From Waterburya sp. (GTDB taxonomy: Bacteria > Cyanobacteriota > Cyanobacteriia > Cyanobacteriales > Xenococcaceae): a stretch of 64,000 nucleotides of DNA. The stretch spans positions 3,552,001-3,616,000 of the forward strand of contig CBDCJV010000002.1 of the NCBI GenBank assembly GCA_965217895.1, read 5' to 3'. Of the stretch, positions 52,004-63,024 are shown piece by piece; within the stretch, counting starts at the first letter, position 1; each line of letters begins with the position of its first letter. The translations under genes were made by a program, and so were the position numbers. The notes under the pieces are model-generated. The model did not search any database. It was not told the DNA's origin and was given only the letters and a program-made list of their open reading frames with translations.

Positions 52004-52126
52004 TCAAGAACCGCGTTTAACTTTGTCGCTTTGACTCAGAACAATTAGGGCAATAGTTGCGGGAATAACTACAATCACAGCACCCAAGGCTATACTCAAA
52101 AGAAAATTGGTTAATGAAGGAGTCAT
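52004..52126 (-). CDS. psbX: Photosystem II protein PsbX, missing from the ORF track
   Basis: MTPSLTNFLLSIALGAVIVVIPATIALIVLSQSDKVKRGS; the usual ycf66-psbX-yggT context. Confidence 0.95.
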   Translation of the reverse strand: MTPSLTNFLLSIALGAVIVVIPATIALIVLSQSDKVKRGS

Positions 52127-52434
52127 AATTTTTTATCCTGATTAATTTTGTTTATTTAGTAATGATTTACGTTGTGTAATAATTTTAAAAGTTTTTTAGG
52201 CAAAACTAAAGCTATTTACAACACGGTGCTTTAAAAAGCCCATCATATATTGTAAGGGGATGGTGGTCATCAAATTCAAGCCAGACTAGATAAAATATAA
52301 TTTTTATTACTTAAATATAGTTTCGAGTCTAAGCCAACTAGTCCATAAAACAACAGTACAATAAATAACAGATATTTACATTGTGTAATATTATCAGCAC
52401 TTATCAGATTAAATCTCATTGATGTATTGATGTT

Positions 52435-52725
52435 ATGAATTTATCAAATCTAGGTACTTTAGGTATAAGTCTTTTGTTGGGGCTAATGACAATTTTATTT
52501 ATTTTTAGAATTGTGCTTACCTGGTATCCTCAAGCAGAGCTTACTCGTTTTCCCTTTAGCTTAGTTGTTTTGCCAACCGAACCTTTTTTAAAGCCTCTAC
52601 GTAAAATAATTTCCCCCATTGGTGGAGTAGATATTACGCCAATTATCTGGGTGGGAATTTTAACTTTGATCAGAGAAATTTTAGTTGGACAACAAGGATT
52701 AGTAACTATGGCATTAAGCCATTAA
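52435..52725 (+). CDS. YggT/Ycf19 family membrane protein
   Basis: RIVLTWYP...PTEPFLKPLRKIISPIGGVDITP. Confidence 0.9.
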   Translation: MNLSNLGTLGISLLLGLMTILFIFRIVLTWYPQAELTRFPFSLVVLPTEPFLKPLRKIISPIGGVDITPIIWVGILTLIREILVGQQGLVTMALSH

Positions 52726-52794
52726 ACATAAAAAATAATTAACTAATGTTAAGTAAAAGTTATACAATTCAACTAAACTTAATTATTTTTCGCT

Positions 52795-53433
52795 ATGAAA
52801 ACTCGAAACTATTCTTTCGTACTGAAGCGACTATCGACTATTTTAGCTACTAGCATCTTGGCTTTAAGTTCAATGGCAGCAATCACAGGAATTTTAATTT
52901 CCTTTTATTACGAACCAACAGCAGGAGGAGCATATAATTCGTTAAGTTTGATTGAGTCTACAGTTTCTTTTGGTTGGTTGATTCAACGTATACATTCACT
53001 GGCAGGAAACAGCTTGATTGTGGTTTCTTTAATCGCGATAATCGTTATGTTCTTAGGTAGAAAATTCCGTTATAGCTGGTTGACTTCTTGGATTAGCGGC
53101 ATTTTATTGACCTTGACGGCGATCGCTCTTGCTTGGACTGCCATACTCCTTGATTGGACACAGATAGGATATTGGCGTTTTACGATTGAAATCGGAATTA
53201 TTGAATCTATTCCTTATATTGGCTCTATATTGCGAGAACTCATAGTAAGTGGAGATGCGGTTAATACCATGACAGTTAGTCGCTTGTATACATTTCATAG
53301 TTATATTCTTTCAGGGGGCGCATTAATTCTCAGCTTAATTCATTTGGGTGGATTACTATTTTCTGAGCAAGAAGAAAAGCAAATACTTTCAGCTAGTAAT
53401 TTAGAAGTCTCCTTTTCTGATTTGAACCAATAA
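52795..53433 (+). CDS. Cytochrome b6-like N-terminal domain protein (not the canonical PetB)
   Basis: FYYEPT...AY.S, GWLIQRIH, WTQIGYW, IPYIG, RLYTFH. Confidence 0.82.
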   Translation: MKTRNYSFVLKRLSTILATSILALSSMAAITGILISFYYEPTAGGAYNSLSLIESTVSFGWLIQRIHSLAGNSLIVVSLIAIIVMFLGRKFRYSWLTSWISGILLTLTAIALAWTAILLDWTQIGYWRFTIEIGIIESIPYIGSILRELIVSGDAVNTMTVSRLYTFHSYILSGGALILSLIHLGGLLFSEQEEKQILSASNLEVSFSDLNQ

Positions 53434-53437
53434 TAAT

Positions 53438-53788
53438 CAGTTAGGTTTTTAATTTCTTCCATCATCTGAGTGAAAACACAACAACGCTTTGATAGTCTTT
53501 CTTCGAGTTCATCGAAACCATAAACATATAACCATTCATATTGATGCTGTACAACTGCCTAGGGTTTCTTACCAATCCGACTCCAAACCTTCTTTAAAAT
53601 TGGTTTTAATACTATTCTTCCAAAGCAGGTGCTATCTTCTCGACTCAATCGGATTTTTGCTTTGTCGATATCGCTTTTTCAATTCAAAAGCACTTAGGTG
53701 CGAAGCTAAATAAGCTTTTTTCGGCATTAGTAAGTTTAAGTATTTTGCCTATTATTTTAAGCTACTTTTACCAAGCGGATTTAGTATA
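53438..53788 (-). mobile_element. Internally deleted IS630-like remnant
   Basis: Minus strand reads MPKKAYLASHLS..ELKKRY...ESRR*HLLWK, then LKPILKKVWS...QHQYEWLYVYGF, then a C-terminal piece. End sequence TACTAAATCC at 53777-53786. Confidence 0.7.
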
Positions 53789-54091
53789 AGCATTTATTTT
53801 ACTTAAAAACCCGACAATATTTAACTTGCTACTTATTACTTCCTGCACAGAGAGAAACGATACTAGTTGAATTTTTATTTGCTAATATCATATATATGGG
53901 GATTATTTTTTTAATATTGGCTTAATTAAAAGTTACACAAGCTAATTGTTTCTACGAAAAATAGCGCAAATAATGAATATATAAATCTTAATTTTTTTTA
54001 TTGCTGACGATATTTTTCAGATCGGCTATGCTAAGCTATTCGTTTTTGTTAATTACATATTTAATAAACAATTGGAAGTTGATGGCAACTG

Positions 54092-55141
54092 ATGAAAATT
54101 TATACTTTCAATGCACCTATAGATACTCGTGTAGAACTATTATGGTCTTTGAGATCTAAAAACAGAGACAAGATATTTGATAAATTTATACATCAAAATA
54201 AATATACAGAAGTCAATTCAATTCAAGAGTGCGATTTGGCTATATATCCTAATCGAGTTTTTCATCCAGAAACTTTGAACTTTGATAGCTCTGTATTTGC
54301 AGCAGCAGAAAAGGCTGAAGAATACAATAAACCTTTAATTATTGATGCGACCAGTGATTCTGATGTTTTTTTAAATATACCAACAGCTAAAATACTGCGC
54401 TGTGGTTTGTATAAAAGCTTGAAACAAAATTTTGAGATAGAGTGTCCTTTTTGGAGCAATTACAGAACAAAAAAAAGCTTAGACGCTTTAATAATATTAC
54501 CCAAAAAAACAAAGCCAGTAATTGGGTTTTGTGGAACAATTTCATCTATAGGCAAATTGTCTCAGCTAGGAAAATTAATCTTACCCTCAAAAGTTGCTAA
54601 AGCAGTTTTGGCTAAAGGTAGATTAGCCCACAAGGTTGATATTAGATTTCGAGAAGGCATGAGTCTAAAATTAAGGACATTAGCCATTAATATTCTGTCA
54701 CTAGACACAAGAATTGAGAGTCATTTCGATATTAGTGATCCTTATCAAAGCTATTATTTGAAAAATGAGACTAATCGACAACTATTAGAAAATTTGTTTG
54801 TAACTAATACAAGTAAATGCGACTATATTTTGTGCATTAGAGGGACTGGTAACTACTCTGGACGCTTTTATATGGCTTTAAATGCAGGGCGTATACCAGT
54901 GGTTTTAGATACTGATATAGTTATTCCCTTTGAAGACAAATTACACATAGTCAAAGTTCCAGTTCAGTCTCTAGAAAATATTGGAGATTTTGTTTTAAAG
55001 CATTTTGAACAAACAACTGACAAAGAACTAATTGCAATGAAGGCGCGAAATCGTTTTGTCTATAATCAATTTATATCTCCTGAAAAGTTTTTCCCCAACC
55101 TATTGTACAGTATGACTCCCAGTAAGCTGTCAAGCATTTAG
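54092..55141 (+). CDS. Exostosin (GT47)-like protein
   Basis: IGFCG, YILCIRGTGNYSGRFYMALNAGRIPVVLDTD..PFE. Confidence 0.75.
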   Translation: MKIYTFNAPIDTRVELLWSLRSKNRDKIFDKFIHQNKYTEVNSIQECDLAIYPNRVFHPETLNFDSSVFAAAEKAEEYNKPLIIDATSDSDVFLNIPTAKILRCGLYKSLKQNFEIECPFWSNYRTKKSLDALIILPKKTKPVIGFCGTISSIGKLSQLGKLILPSKVAKAVLAKGRLAHKVDIRFREGMSLKLRTLAINILSLDTRIESHFDISDPYQSYYLKNETNRQLLENLFVTNTSKCDYILCIRGTGNYSGRFYMALNAGRIPVVLDTDIVIPFEDKLHIVKVPVQSLENIGDFVLKHFEQTTDKELIAMKARNRFVYNQFISPEKFFPNLLYSMTPSKLSSI

Positions 55142-55388
55142 TTTAACGAGCAATTCCTTAAAGGATTCGACATCGAAAAGCATTCCTCTGCGCCTATTGC
55201 CTATTGAGGTTGATGGGGAGAGAGTTTGACACTTTATTTCCTAATTAAAAAAGGATGCACTTAAATTGCATCGGCAGCTTATCGTAAAATGAGTTAGCTA
55301 TAGCCAAGCCAATTTATTGTGCAAAATTGGCTTTTTTTTGCTATAAACAATAAGAAATCAGCAAAAATATTTAGCTGTAAAATATTTA

Positions 55389-56147
55389 TTATAGATTCCT
55401 AACTTGACCAGATTTTTGTTTAAAAGATAAGGAAAAATGTAGCTCTTCAAATTGAGATTGAATGTAGGATAATAACCCATGAATAAATATTACTATCCCT
55501 AACATTTCAAGTAGTTCTTCAATGCTTGAGGCAATTCCATATACCGTATTGTAGCCATAATTATCGGCTATATAACCACCTATAAGTTCCATACCTAATG
55601 CACCAGTAACATAAACAAATCCTGCCAAAATAAATAGTATTTTAGTTTTGATGGGCAAACTTTGAATGAATTTTCTAAACGTTAGCAGAAAAATAATTAG
55701 GAGAAAGAATGCAGGAACTACCCAAGTAAAATATAATAATCCATGAGCGTTAATTGCACCTCTCAAAAGCGGGATTGATAGCTCATGAATGCTGCACAAT
55801 TCATCTATAGCTAGAAATAAAAATATAAATGCTAGTGCTTTCCAGTGTTTAGCATATTTGGATTTTCTATATTTTTTCACCGTGGCGATTATGGCTAATA
55901 TATAGCTGCTAAATCCTAAAGCTAAAGTCGAGTATAAAGACAGCAAGTTGTATTCTTGATCGAAGTTAAAATAATGAGAAACAATCTGATTTTCGTAATT
56001 GGCATTATGCCAATAAACAAAAATTCTTTCTGCTAGGTTAAACACAACCAGTAAGGCAATAATTGTCAGGAGAAACTTAGTAACTTTTGTAGGAGACAAA
56101 TTATAAGCTGGTAGGTTTAACTGCCCTGCAAAATGGCTAGACTTCAT
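55389..56147 (-). CDS. Multi-pass membrane protein of unknown function
   Basis: FNFDQEYN, LAIDE...IHE, GALGME, EELLEMLG; about 7 TM segments. Confidence 0.8.
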   Translation of the reverse strand: MKSSHFAGQLNLPAYNLSPTKVTKFLLTIIALLVVFNLAERIFVYWHNANYENQIVSHYFNFDQEYNLLSLYSTLALGFSSYILAIIATVKKYRKSKYAKHWKALAFIFLFLAIDELCSIHELSIPLLRGAINAHGLLYFTWVVPAFFLLIIFLLTFRKFIQSLPIKTKILFILAGFVYVTGALGMELIGGYIADNYGYNTVYGIASSIEELLEMLGIVIFIHGLLSYIQSQFEELHFSLSFKQKSGQVRNL

Positions 56148-56313
56148 ATATGTTTATAAAATAAAGACTTAAAAGTATTTCATTAATATTACCTTAATCT
56201 ATGGATAACTTTAACATTAAAAAATCAAGCTAATTGATTGTTGATAGCTAAAGCTGTTCAAGTCTATATTGCATCTAGAAAAATGCCAAGCAACTGCACT
56301 AGAAACACTATTT

Positions 56314-56408
56314 ACTAAATCCTGTTCGTATAGGTAATTTATCTGTTTTTCAAGTCAGAGGTCAGAGGTCAGTAAATTGATTGTTACCTTTATCAATGGG
56401 ATTTAGTA
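56314..56408. mobile_element. 95-bp MITE with IS630-like ends
   Basis: TIR TACTAAATCC/GGATTTAGTA, identical to the end of the 53438-53788 remnant. Confidence 0.65.
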
Positions 56409-56540
56409 TTATTGCCAACGCGAAGAGTTTAAGACAAATATAAAGGTGTTATTAATTATTCGATTTACTTTAGGTTTTAGACTGTTGACTAGTTGATTTC
56501 TGGCTAAACTAGTTTACCTATTGTTAATTAACTATTAACC

Positions 56541-56715
56541 AACATGAGTTCGCATGGAAGCTGAAACCTTTATTAGATAAGTATTTTGAAAATGCTATTT
56601 TTTCGCTAGATCTTCTCTTCAAGACAATTAAACAATACTTCAAAAGCTTAAAGCTAAGAGCAAGCGAGCTTATAGCTACCCAAACAGACCAATCTTGTTA
56701 ACCCGAACTCACGTT
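56541..56715. mobile_element. MITE with AAC(A/G)TGAGTTCG termini
   Basis: TIR AACATGAGTTCG/CGAACTCACGTT flanked by AACC on both sides. A related right end occurs at about 4094-4126. Confidence 0.65.
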
Positions 56716-56835
56716 AACCAACGGTTACAGCAGCGGACAGACCTCCTAAAGGGTTCAACGGTTTCCCAGAAGGGCGGAACTTGATTCCGCATCTAGAACC
56801 ATGCTGTTGTTGGACGTGGGGGAGTAATCTGTGAC

Positions 56836-58077
56836 TTAAGTTCGATTGGGAGCTTCTCGTAAAGCTCTGGCTACAGCCTTCCAGGCAGGCTTTCGTAAAT
56901 ATCCTCGATCTAATAGTAATGGACGAACATCCGCACCATCTTTTCTAGGAGCATAGCCACTTAGCCAAGTATAGCGATCGCTCAAGCCCCAACTAACAAT
57001 TGTGGTGACGGCAGGTTCATCGAGAACAACAGAAAGATATTGATAATATGCCTCTGCTACTAGGCGATCGCGAATTGTCACATCTTTGGGGAGTTTAGCA
57101 TCGCTGACATCTAATTCAGAAATGATAATTTGTAATCCCATACTGGCAACATCACTAAGAAATTTCCTAAACTTCTGACCATCAAATTCCTGGTTTCTAC
57201 TTCCGTCTAAATGGCTTTGAATACCCAAAGCATGAACAGGTGTTCCTTTTGCTTTCAATCTTTCTAGTAATTTTAAGACGGCGGTTCGGCGTTTTCCGTC
57301 CCAACTAGTGCCGAAAGGATTGCTATAGGTTAGTCCATTATCGTTATAAACTAAGATCGCTTGAGGATCTGCTTGGGCAGCAATATGGAAAGCACGTTCA
57401 ATATAGCTTGGTCCCAAGAAATTAAGCCAGGCTGGATATTTTTCGCCTCTAATACCACTTTTAGTAGTGTCTTTTAAATTATCGTTTCTGCCATCATCAA
57501 CGTTAATTGCTTCATTAACTACATCCCAAGAACTTACTCTGCCTGCATGACGTTTGGCTAAAGTAGTAACATGATTAGTAAAAATTTTATCGATTTCGGC
57601 ACTAGTAGTATCAGCAGACTTAAATTTCTCTACTAGCCAAGGCGAATTAAATTCATTCCAAATTAAAGGATGTGCGCGAAAAATCAGATTATTTTGAGTT
57701 GCAAAGTTAAAGAAAGCGTCAGTTTGTTGAAAATCATAATTGTTGTAGCCGAAAGGACCAACGGTAACTCCAAAAAAGCCACCGACTACCATGGCATATT
57801 CTCGACAAAAATTTTCTTTGAACTTTATATCGTAGGGAAGTTCATCATAGGCTCTTTGAGTAAATCCGCCATAAATTATGCCTTTAGATGCTGCTATTTG
57901 ACGCAGAGTTTCTCCTTTGATACTTTTATTTTGTTTGGTTGACTCACTTAAATATTGATTAGATTCTGGTTTTTGAGCGGTAGAATATTGATATTTGCGA
58001 ATTAAACCTGCTGCCCCAAATCCCCCAAGAGCTAATAAAAATGAGCGTCTGCCGTATTTTAATAATTTTCTGGTCAT
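56836..58077 (-). CDS. Tat-exported GH10 glycoside hydrolase
   Basis: GRRSFL twin-arginine signal; WDVVNE acid/base and ISELDV nucleophile. Confidence 0.9.
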   Translation of the reverse strand: MTRKLLKYGRRSFLLALGGFGAAGLIRKYQYSTAQKPESNQYLSESTKQNKSIKGETLRQIAASKGIIYGGFTQRAYDELPYDIKFKENFCREYAMVVGGFFGVTVGPFGYNNYDFQQTDAFFNFATQNNLIFRAHPLIWNEFNSPWLVEKFKSADTTSAEIDKIFTNHVTTLAKRHAGRVSSWDVVNEAINVDDGRNDNLKDTTKSGIRGEKYPAWLNFLGPSYIERAFHIAAQADPQAILVYNDNGLTYSNPFGTSWDGKRRTAVLKLLERLKAKGTPVHALGIQSHLDGSRNQEFDGQKFRKFLSDVASMGLQIIISELDVSDAKLPKDVTIRDRLVAEAYYQYLSVVLDEPAVTTIVSWGLSDRYTWLSGYAPRKDGADVRPLLLDRGYLRKPAWKAVARALREAPNRT

Positions 58078-58108
58078 AGAACTATATTCTTAGACTTTTG
58101 CTAGTTTA

Positions 58109-59389
58109 CTAAGTATTTGATGCAGATTGTTTAGAATATCGATAAACAAAACCCCAGAGAAAAACCATTAATAAAAATTCAGAAGCAATTGTTGCCCAAA
58201 TAGCACCAAGCCAGCCATACTGAGGAATAAGCCAGAAATTCAACAAGCCATTGATAATAGCTACTAATACTTGAGCAGTAGTTCGAGAGCTTTGATAATT
58301 TGCTCCAGTTAAAGTGTCTGCTGCAAAAAAGTGCATAGATCGCAAGAAAATTGTCGGTGAAAGCCACAATAATGCCCAGGCAGAGGCTTGGTATTTAGAG
58401 CCCAAGATAACTGGTAATAAAGGAGAAAGAACAACTATGCCAACAATTGCTAACAAAGAATAAGCTATGGAAAAAGGTAAAATCTTTTTACATAATTCAA
58501 AACTCCCTTTGATTCCTGAAGCACCCTGTTGAAAGAATTTTCTAAATGAAGCTAAAGCAACTGATTGAATTGGCGTAAAGGCAACATTTAGGATCTGATA
58601 TGCAGCCCCATATATTCCAGTCGCTTCTAAGGTAGATAACTTAGCCAGCATAGATTTATCTAAATCATTATAGATATTTTGGGCAGATACGCTGACGGCA
58701 AAAGCGAAACCAAGTCGCAACTCTTGTTTTACTTTAGATAAGTTGAACTTGGGATAACCAACTAACTTAGTAACCAGATAGATAGATACTACTCCAGAGA
58801 CAAATGTAGCAATGCAATAGAGTATGCACCATGTAAGTATAGTGGGATGGTCAAAAAAAGCAATAAATGCTAGGGAGGCGACAAACCTGTTTAATGACAT
58901 CAAGACAATAGTTTTAGCTGTGTAATCTAAGAGTCCCACAGCCATAAAAGCATCCCTAGCAATATCATTAAATTTTAAAAAGGTTAGATTAGCTAAAGCC
59001 ACAAAAAATACCGAATAAATTGAAATATTCGGTATAGAAAAAAAGTTATAACCTATTAATATTAAAGCTGTAAATATTGAGCTAAACAAAAGGTTTTTAA
59101 GAATTGTAGTTCCAAAATATTCTCTAAATAAACTGCGATCGCGTGAAACATTTTGGATAAATACTTCTCCACTACCCCAGCCTGCAAAAGGAATAAAAAT
59201 AGATACTATTGCCACTATGCCTACATACGCCCCGTATTTTTCTGGGGCGAAAGTACGAGCCAAAATAACGAAGTAGAAACCTTGAATAACTAACCTTAAA
59301 ATAAAAGATTGAAATATTGTCCAAGAATTCTTTAATAGTTTACTTTGTGATAAATTGCCAAGTATTAAACTCAACTTTTCTTTAAACAT
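58109..59389 (-). CDS. wzx: Wzx-type polysaccharide flippase
   Basis: About 12 TM helices, IYNDLDKSML..., GIYGAAY; EPS cluster context. Confidence 0.85.
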   Translation of the reverse strand: MFKEKLSLILGNLSQSKLLKNSWTIFQSFILRLVIQGFYFVILARTFAPEKYGAYVGIVAIVSIFIPFAGWGSGEVFIQNVSRDRSLFREYFGTTILKNLLFSSIFTALILIGYNFFSIPNISIYSVFFVALANLTFLKFNDIARDAFMAVGLLDYTAKTIVLMSLNRFVASLAFIAFFDHPTILTWCILYCIATFVSGVVSIYLVTKLVGYPKFNLSKVKQELRLGFAFAVSVSAQNIYNDLDKSMLAKLSTLEATGIYGAAYQILNVAFTPIQSVALASFRKFFQQGASGIKGSFELCKKILPFSIAYSLLAIVGIVVLSPLLPVILGSKYQASAWALLWLSPTIFLRSMHFFAADTLTGANYQSSRTTAQVLVAIINGLLNFWLIPQYGWLGAIWATIASEFLLMVFLWGFVYRYSKQSASNT

Positions 59390-59399
59390 AAAACATAAA

Positions 59400-60647
59400 T
59401 CAACTAGGAGATGCCACTACTTTAGGCTTTGCTTTTTGAGTCTTTACTTTCATTGAATAGAGTGAAACTAGAGTAATGATCCAGATATTGCCCCCAGTAA
59501 AAAAAGAAACTTCTGTACAATTTGAAAACACGTTATACATTAAAAATAAAAATATCCAGAGCATCTTCAAATCTTTAGAGATTAAATATCCATATAAAGA
59601 TCTAAATAAACAATTAGCATATCCTAGTAAAAATACAACCAAGCCAATAAATCCTAAATCGATCCAAAGTTGTATATAGCCATTGTGAGAGTGGACAGGA
59701 GACCAATCATGTATTTGCCATAACAAATAAGACGTTCTACTTTCTCCAGAGAAAAAGCTCCCGTAACCATAGCCTAGAAGTGGCTTTTGCTGTATAAACT
59801 GCCATAAAGTATGCCACAAAAGAGTCCTACCAGACAAAGTTATGTCCTTATCATTAACTCTTAAGAATGTATTGAAGTTAATTAAAAACAAAAACAAAAC
59901 CAAAGAGGTAACAATTAGAAATAATAGTATTAAAAATACGCTTTTTTTGGACTGCAATGATAGTCTTTTTAATCCTTGAGCAGTTACAAAAATAAAGAAG
60001 ACGCTCATTAAAGCAGTGGCAGATTCCGCCAAATAAATTAAAACTACTGATAAAAAACAGCAAATTAGAAAAAACAATCGTCTTTTTTTGTGTAAAAGTG
60101 ACAAAAAATAAAAGCTAATAAAGCTGGCAAACATACTCGATCCCAAGTTGTTTTTGTGCGGAAAAATGCCCTTCCAAGCACCAACAATAGCATCAGTATT
60201 CATTACCCCGTATTGTGGCAGAGCTATACCAAACAAAAAGCTAAAAAATATAGAAATACCAAAAGTCCAGCCATATATTCTTAGCTGTTGCTCAAAATCG
60301 TAGCTAGAACCTAGATATAATGCGAATAAGGTTGCTCCAATCAAGGCTACTACTTTTCTAAAGGCTATATCAGGAACGGATGACCAGGAGATAGAGACGA
60401 TAGCTAAACCAAGCAAAAATAAGATCCATAAGTGGCTACCTAAAAACATTAAGCTTCTTTGCCAGCGAAAAACTAGCAAAAAGACAGTTACAAAATATAT
60501 GCCGATAAAAGCAAGTCGAAGTCCTGGACTATCTATATCACCCTCTCCAACAGTTTCACCTAAGATAATAGAATAAAATCCATTGGAAAATAGCAGTAGC
60601 GATATAACTGAAAATACGTTTTCAAAAGGACGAATTGACTTTTTCAT
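59400..60647 (-). CDS. Wzy polymerase/O-antigen ligase family protein
   Basis: HKNNLG, TLSGRT.LW, P.LGYGY, HSHNGYIQ. Confidence 0.85.
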   Translation of the reverse strand: MKKSIRPFENVFSVISLLLFSNGFYSIILGETVGEGDIDSPGLRLAFIGIYFVTVFLLVFRWQRSLMFLGSHLWILFLLGLAIVSISWSSVPDIAFRKVVALIGATLFALYLGSSYDFEQQLRIYGWTFGISIFFSFLFGIALPQYGVMNTDAIVGAWKGIFPHKNNLGSSMFASFISFYFLSLLHKKRRLFFLICCFLSVVLIYLAESATALMSVFFIFVTAQGLKRLSLQSKKSVFLILLFLIVTSLVLFLFLINFNTFLRVNDKDITLSGRTLLWHTLWQFIQQKPLLGYGYGSFFSGESRTSYLLWQIHDWSPVHSHNGYIQLWIDLGFIGLVVFLLGYANCLFRSLYGYLISKDLKMLWIFLFLMYNVFSNCTEVSFFTGGNIWIITLVSLYSMKVKTQKAKPKVVASPS

Positions 60648-60787
60648 GTTGTCTAATTGGAGAAAGTTTTTCTAGACAATATACAGCCGTATTTTATACA
60701 TTTTTGATTTCAGTTAATCTCAAATGGCGCGTATCACATAACAATCGATCATTTAAATACAATTTTTGTAATGACTCAATCAACAGC

Positions 60788-62971
60788 TTACCCATCACCT
60801 TTTTCTGCATAGTAGTAGCTGTTGTAGTAATAAGGTTCTCTGCTCATGTCTGCCCCATTAACAATTACACCTAATACCTTTTGTCCAGTACTATCCAAAG
60901 TTTTCTTGGCTGCACTAGCACTGCCGTAGTCAGCAACTCCAGGTCGGACAACGAATAAAAAGCCATCTACCTGCCTGCCAATAATTTTTGTATCTGCAAT
61001 ACCATTAATAGGAGGTGTATCAAAGATAACCTGATCGTAATATTTTGATACACTATCGATAAATTCTCTCATTGATGAAGAATCCAAAAGAGCGATCGGA
61101 TTATTTGGTATTGACCCCGCAGTCAAAACATCCAGATTAGGCATAGTGTTTTGGATTGCATCTTCCCATTGAACCTCATGCCTAAGAATGTTGCTTAGAC
61201 CTACTTGGTTAGAAATTTCCCAAATATGATGTTGGGTTGGGCGACGCATATCTGCATCTACCAGTAAAATTTTTTGACCACACTCAGAGCGTGCTACTGC
61301 CAAATTAGCTGAGACAGAAGATTTCCCTTCTTGGGGGACTGAACTAGTTATGGCAATAACCTTTTTCCTAGCCTCAGCATCTAAAAGCTTAAGATTAACC
61401 TGTATATTTTGATACGCTTCTTTTAAGGGCATCATCGATACTTCACTGACAAACTTTTGTGGAAGGTTCAAGTTTGTTGGCGTGCCGCTTCCTGGAAGTT
61501 GCGGTTGCTGATTATTACCCCCTGGTAAATTTATATTAGGGACTATGCCATGCAAAGGATAGGCAAACATATTCTCAACTTCTTGAGTATTCTTGATCGT
61601 GTTGTCTTTAAGATCTAAAAGGAAAGCCAGTGCCGTTCCTAACAATACGCCCATCATAGCTCCTGCTGCAATAATTATTTTGCCGTCAGGATTTACAGGG
61701 TCTTCTGAGATGGCTGCATTAGCAACTACCCGCACTTTATCGATATCGCTGGGAAGCACATCTATCTGTTTTGATTTGCTTAAAAGAGTTTCATATGCAG
61801 ATTGAGCAGCCGTTACTTTTCGCTGTAGCTGTCTTTGTTGTTCTTGTAACTGAGGAAAGTTATTCGATTTGCTTTGGTATGCAGTGTAGGTATTTTGTAA
61901 AGACGCTAGCCTTTGGTCTAATCCTTCTTTTTGCAGTCCTAATTCGGCATAATTAGCTAGCTGGGCTTGCTTCAATTCTCCTAAACTTAAAATATTGACG
62001 CTACTGGCTAAGCTTTGCTGAGATCCTAACGTACTAGCAACCTGCTGTTTTAGCAGAGTAGTTAAATCTGCCTGCTCCTCTTTTAGACTAATAATCTGCG
62101 GAGAGCTATCAGATAAAACGTTACTCTTCTGGGCTAAAGTCAACTTAACTTTCTGTAGTTGGTCTAAAGTGCTTTGTACTCCAACCGATTGGCTCAGTGA
62201 ACTAACGGCAGAAGCTTCTTGCCAGGTCATACCTAGCTGGCTTTTTAATCTACTATATCGGGCATCCACATCTTTTAACTGTGCTTTTACCTGATCGATT
62301 TGGCTTTCAACTGCGGATATAGAATCAATTGTGGAGGTTGTCTCCTCGTCTAAATTAGCAGTGCGATTGCGGTTTTGAAACAGACGTAGGGTTTCTTCTG
62401 CTTCTCTTACGCTCTGTTCTGCTTTAGGCAATTCTTGCTTGACAAAATCTTTGGCACGCACGGTCCCGCTACGAGTAAACGTAGCATAGTCTTCTGAATA
62501 AAGCTCTACGGCTCTCTTAACGACGGCAACGGCTATGTCTGGATCTGGATCATCGTATGTAATCTGCAATATATCAGTACCCATGATTGGCTCTGCCTTA
62601 AGAGAACGCTTAACACCTTTATAAGTTAGAGGTTTACCGCTATCATTTTTTAAATCTAATTCTTTGATTAATTCTTCAATAACTGGTCGAGATTGAAAAA
62701 TTTTAGCTTCTGTTTCTAGAGGATCTTTTTTGTCGGTCAATCCTTTAAGACCGTCTGGATCTCCTTTAGTATCGAGAATAGCAGAAGTGCGATCGGGTCT
62801 AATTTGTAGTTGAGCTTCAGCCTCATAGACTTTTTCTGACGCTAGTGCAGCAGCTACTGATAGGGTCAAAATTCCAGCAAAGGTTGCTGTTGCAGGTATC
62901 CAACGGCGTTTCAACACCTGCCAATACTTATTAAAGTCTATATACTCTTCTAAATGTAAGTTGGAATCCAT
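60788..62971 (-). CDS. wzc: Wzc/GumC polysaccharide co-polymerase tyrosine kinase
   Basis: TSSVPQEGKS, DADMRRP, DTPP, C-terminal YYYNSYYY cluster. Confidence 0.92.
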   Translation of the reverse strand: MDSNLHLEEYIDFNKYWQVLKRRWIPATATFAGILTLSVAAALASEKVYEAEAQLQIRPDRTSAILDTKGDPDGLKGLTDKKDPLETEAKIFQSRPVIEELIKELDLKNDSGKPLTYKGVKRSLKAEPIMGTDILQITYDDPDPDIAVAVVKRAVELYSEDYATFTRSGTVRAKDFVKQELPKAEQSVREAEETLRLFQNRNRTANLDEETTSTIDSISAVESQIDQVKAQLKDVDARYSRLKSQLGMTWQEASAVSSLSQSVGVQSTLDQLQKVKLTLAQKSNVLSDSSPQIISLKEEQADLTTLLKQQVASTLGSQQSLASSVNILSLGELKQAQLANYAELGLQKEGLDQRLASLQNTYTAYQSKSNNFPQLQEQQRQLQRKVTAAQSAYETLLSKSKQIDVLPSDIDKVRVVANAAISEDPVNPDGKIIIAAGAMMGVLLGTALAFLLDLKDNTIKNTQEVENMFAYPLHGIVPNINLPGGNNQQPQLPGSGTPTNLNLPQKFVSEVSMMPLKEAYQNIQVNLKLLDAEARKKVIAITSSVPQEGKSSVSANLAVARSECGQKILLVDADMRRPTQHHIWEISNQVGLSNILRHEVQWEDAIQNTMPNLDVLTAGSIPNNPIALLDSSSMREFIDSVSKYYDQVIFDTPPINGIADTKIIGRQVDGFLFVVRPGVADYGSASAAKKTLDSTGQKVLGVIVNGADMSREPYYYNSYYYAEKGDG

Positions 62972-63024
62972 AAATTTTAATTGATGAACTTACTATAGTA
63001 ATATTAATTTTGTTTATTTTGAGC

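Noticed and set aside
53489..53713. 74-aa plus-strand ORF
   Set aside because: It is the antisense reading of the IS630-like remnant.
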